Origin: Eledone cirrhosa
Lineage: Eukaryota
DNA length: 64,000 bases
Assembly: GCA_964016885.1 (NCBI GenBank)
Contig: OZ024751.1
Location: 52,886,001-52,950,000, forward strand
Reading direction: 5' to 3'
The notes beneath the pieces were generated by a model, which saw only the letters and a program-made list of their open reading frames with translations, was not told the DNA's origin and ran no database searches. A program made the translations under genes and the position numbers. Numbering within the stretch: the stretch's first letter is position 1; each line of letters begins with the position of its first letter. Below are positions 61,192 through 64,000 of the stretch, one piece after another.

Positions 61192-64000
61192 ACAACAACT
61201 ACACCAACAATTACAACAGCAACAACTACATCAACAATTACAACAGCAACAACTACATCAACAATTACAACAGCAACAACTACACCAACAATTACAACAG
61301 CAACAACTACATCAACAATTACAGCAGCAACAACTACACCAACAATTACAACAGCAACAACTACACCAACAATTACAACAGCAACAAATACATCAACAAT
61401 TACAACATCAACAACTACACCAACAATTACAACAGCAACAACTACACCAACAAATACAACAGCAACAACTACACCAACAATTTCAACAGCAACAACTACA
61501 CCAACAATTACAACAGCAACAACTACATCAACAATTACAACAGCAACAACTACATCAACAATTACAGCAGCAACAACTACACCAACAATTACAACAGCAA
61601 CAACTACACCAACAATTACAACAGCAACAAATACATCAACAATTACAACATCAACAATTACACCAACAATTACAACAGCAACAACTACACCAACAAATAC
61701 AACAGCAACAACTACACCAACAATTTCAACAGCAACAACTACACCAACCATTACAACAGCAACAACTACACCAACAACTACACCAACAATTACAACAGCA
61801 AACACTACATCAACAACTACACCAACAATTACAACAGCAACAACTACACCAACAATTACAACAGCAACAACTACGCCAACAATTACAACAGCAACAACTA
61901 CATCAACAATTACAACACCAACAACTACACCAACAATTACAACACCAACAACTACACCAACAATTACAACAGCAACAACTACACCAACAATTACAACAGC
62001 AACAACTACATCAACAATTACAACAGCAACAACTACACCACCAACTACACCAACAATTACAACAGCAACAACTACACCAACAATTACAACAGCAACAACT
62101 ACACCAACAATTACAACAGCAACAACTACATCAACAATTACAACAGCAACAACTACACCAACAATTACAACAGCAACAACTACACCAACAATTACAACAG
62201 CAACAACTACACCAACAATTACAACAGCAACAACTACATCAACAATTACAACAGCAACAACTACACCAACAATTACAACAGCAACAACTACACCAACAAT
62301 TACAACAGCAACAACTACACCAACAATTACAACAGCAACAACTACATCAACAACTACACCAACAATTACAACAGCAACAACTACACCAACAATTATAACA
62401 GCAACAACTACACCAACAATTACAACAGCAAACACTACATCAACAACTACACCAACAATTACAACAGCAACAACTACACCAACAATTACAACAGCAACAA
62501 CTACATCAACAACTACACCAACAATTACAACAGCAACAACTACACCAACAATTACAACAGCAACAACTACACCAACAACTACACCAACAATTACAACAGC
62601 AAACACTACATCAACAACTACACCAACAATTACAACAGCAACAACTACACCAACAATTACAACAGCAACAACTACATCAACAACTACACCAACAATTACA
62701 ACAGCAACAACTACACCAACAATTACAACAGCAACAACTACATCAACAACTACACCAACAATTACAACAGCAACAACTACACCAACAATTACAACAGCAA
62801 CAACTACATCAACAATTACAACACCAACAACTACATCAACAATTACAACACCAACAACTACACCAACAATTACAACAGCAACAACTACACCAACAACTAC
62901 ACCAACAATTACAACAGCAACAAATACACCAACAATTACAACAGCAACAACTACACCAACAATTACAACAGCAACAACTACATCAACAATTACAACAGCA
63001 ACAACTACACCAACAATTACAACAGCAACAACTACACCAACAAATACAGCAGCAACAACTACATTAACAACTACACCAACAATTACAACAGCAACAATTA
63101 GACCAACAATTACAACACCAACAACTACACCAACAATTACAACAGCAAACACTACATCAACAACTACACCAACAATTACAACACCAACAACCACACCAAC
63201 AATTACAACAGCAACAACTACACCAACAATTACAACAGCAACAACTACACCAACAACTACATCAACAATTACAACACCAACAACTACATCAACAATTACA
63301 ACACCAACAACTACACCAACAATTACAACAGCAACAACTACACCAACAATTACAACAGCAACAACTACATCAACAATTACAACACCAACAACTACACCAA
63401 CAATTACAACAGCAACAACTACACCAACAATTACAACAGCAACAACTACACCAACAATTACAACAGCAACAACTACAGCAACAACTACAGCATCAACTAC
63501 ACCAACAATTACAACAGCAACAACTACACCAACAATTACAACAGCAACAACTACAGCAAGAACTACACCAACAATTACAAGAGCAACAACTACATCAACA
63601 ATTACAACAGCAACAACTACATCAACAACTACACCAACAATTACAACACCAACAATTACAACAGCAACAACTACATCAACAAATACACCAACGATTACAA
63701 CAATTACAACAGCAACAACTACACCAACAATTACAACAGCAACAACTACACCAACAATTACAACAGCAACAACTACACCAACAATTACAACAGCAACAAC
63801 TACACCTACAATTACAACAGCAACAACTACACCAACAACTACAACAGCAACAACTACATCAACAATTACAACAGCAACAACTACATCAACAACTACACCA
63901 ACAATTACGACACCAACAATTACAACAGCAACAACTACATCAACAACTACACCAACGATTACAACAGCAACAACTACAACAATTACAACAGCAACAACTA
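58300..64000. repeat. Duplication of about 3.5 kb period (about 58300-60480 vs about 61750-64000)
   Basis: Rare variants TACGCC 58428/61875, TACATTAAC 59550/63063, TAG 59586/63099 and ACCTAC 60282/63807. Confidence 0.8.

Larger units (their letters stand above)
1..64000. repeat. Tandem array of a 27-bp monomer AACAATTACAACAGCAACAACTACA(C/T)C (15-bp + 12-bp modules), extending beyond both window edges
   Basis: The monomer or close variants can be read on every line from 1 to 64000, with no unique spacer, inversion or insertion seen. 64000/27 gives about 2,370 monomer equivalents. Confidence 0.99.

Noticed and set aside
43656-63194. Minus-strand Val-rich ORFs as membrane proteins
   Set aside because: They are the antisense of the Asn register, open because stops are at least two mutations away, with GTG starts and ends set by the 1-bp deletions.
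1-64000. CRISPR array (27-bp repeat length)
   Set aside because: No unique spacers, no palindromic repeat, and no leader or cas genes.
1-64000. Canonical telomerase repeat or G-quadruplex array
   Set aside because: No GGG runs, and kb-scale copying of rare variants points to recombinational amplification rather than templated addition.
1-64000. Transposon, tRNA/rRNA, terminator or promoter
   Set aside because: No non-repeat sequence, inverted repeats or hairpin-forming capacity anywhere in the window.
1-64000. Resemblance of ACTACATCAACA to the Tra/Tra2 dsx repeat element TC(T/A)(T/A)CAATCAACA
   Set aside because: Only the ATCAACA core matches, which is expected by chance in CAA-rich sequence.

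Overview
The whole 64 kb window is one uninterrupted, same-orientation tandem array (satellite/minisatellite-like) with no unique sequence. The consensus monomer is 27 bp, AACAATTACAACAGC-AACAACTACA(C/T)C. It is made of a 15-bp module B (AAC AAT TAC AAC AGC) and a 12-bp module A (AAC AAC TAC ACC/ATC) on an (AAC)n background. The + strand is roughly 52% A, 30-33% C, 11-15% T and 4% G, estimated from the monomer. The long ORFs in the track are different readings of this monomer: NNYNSNNY(T/I), TITTATTT(P/S), QQLQQQQLH, and on the minus strand VVIV(G/D)VVVA. All three plus frames contain scattered stops, so no gene is supported with confidence. Rare point variants reveal nested higher-order duplications (120 bp to about 10.5 kb) and two variant domains meeting near 30-33 kb. 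Triplet phase is kept throughout except for one 1-bp deletion present in four copies. That deletion, together with a recurrent ATC>ATG variant, produces the oddest feature: five ORFs at 42985-63101 chained by ATGA stop/start overlaps, four of them with an Asn/Tyr-rich head and a mucin-like Thr-rich tail. This may be a by-product of array evolution. All counts were made by eye, and the organism cannot be identified from this window.
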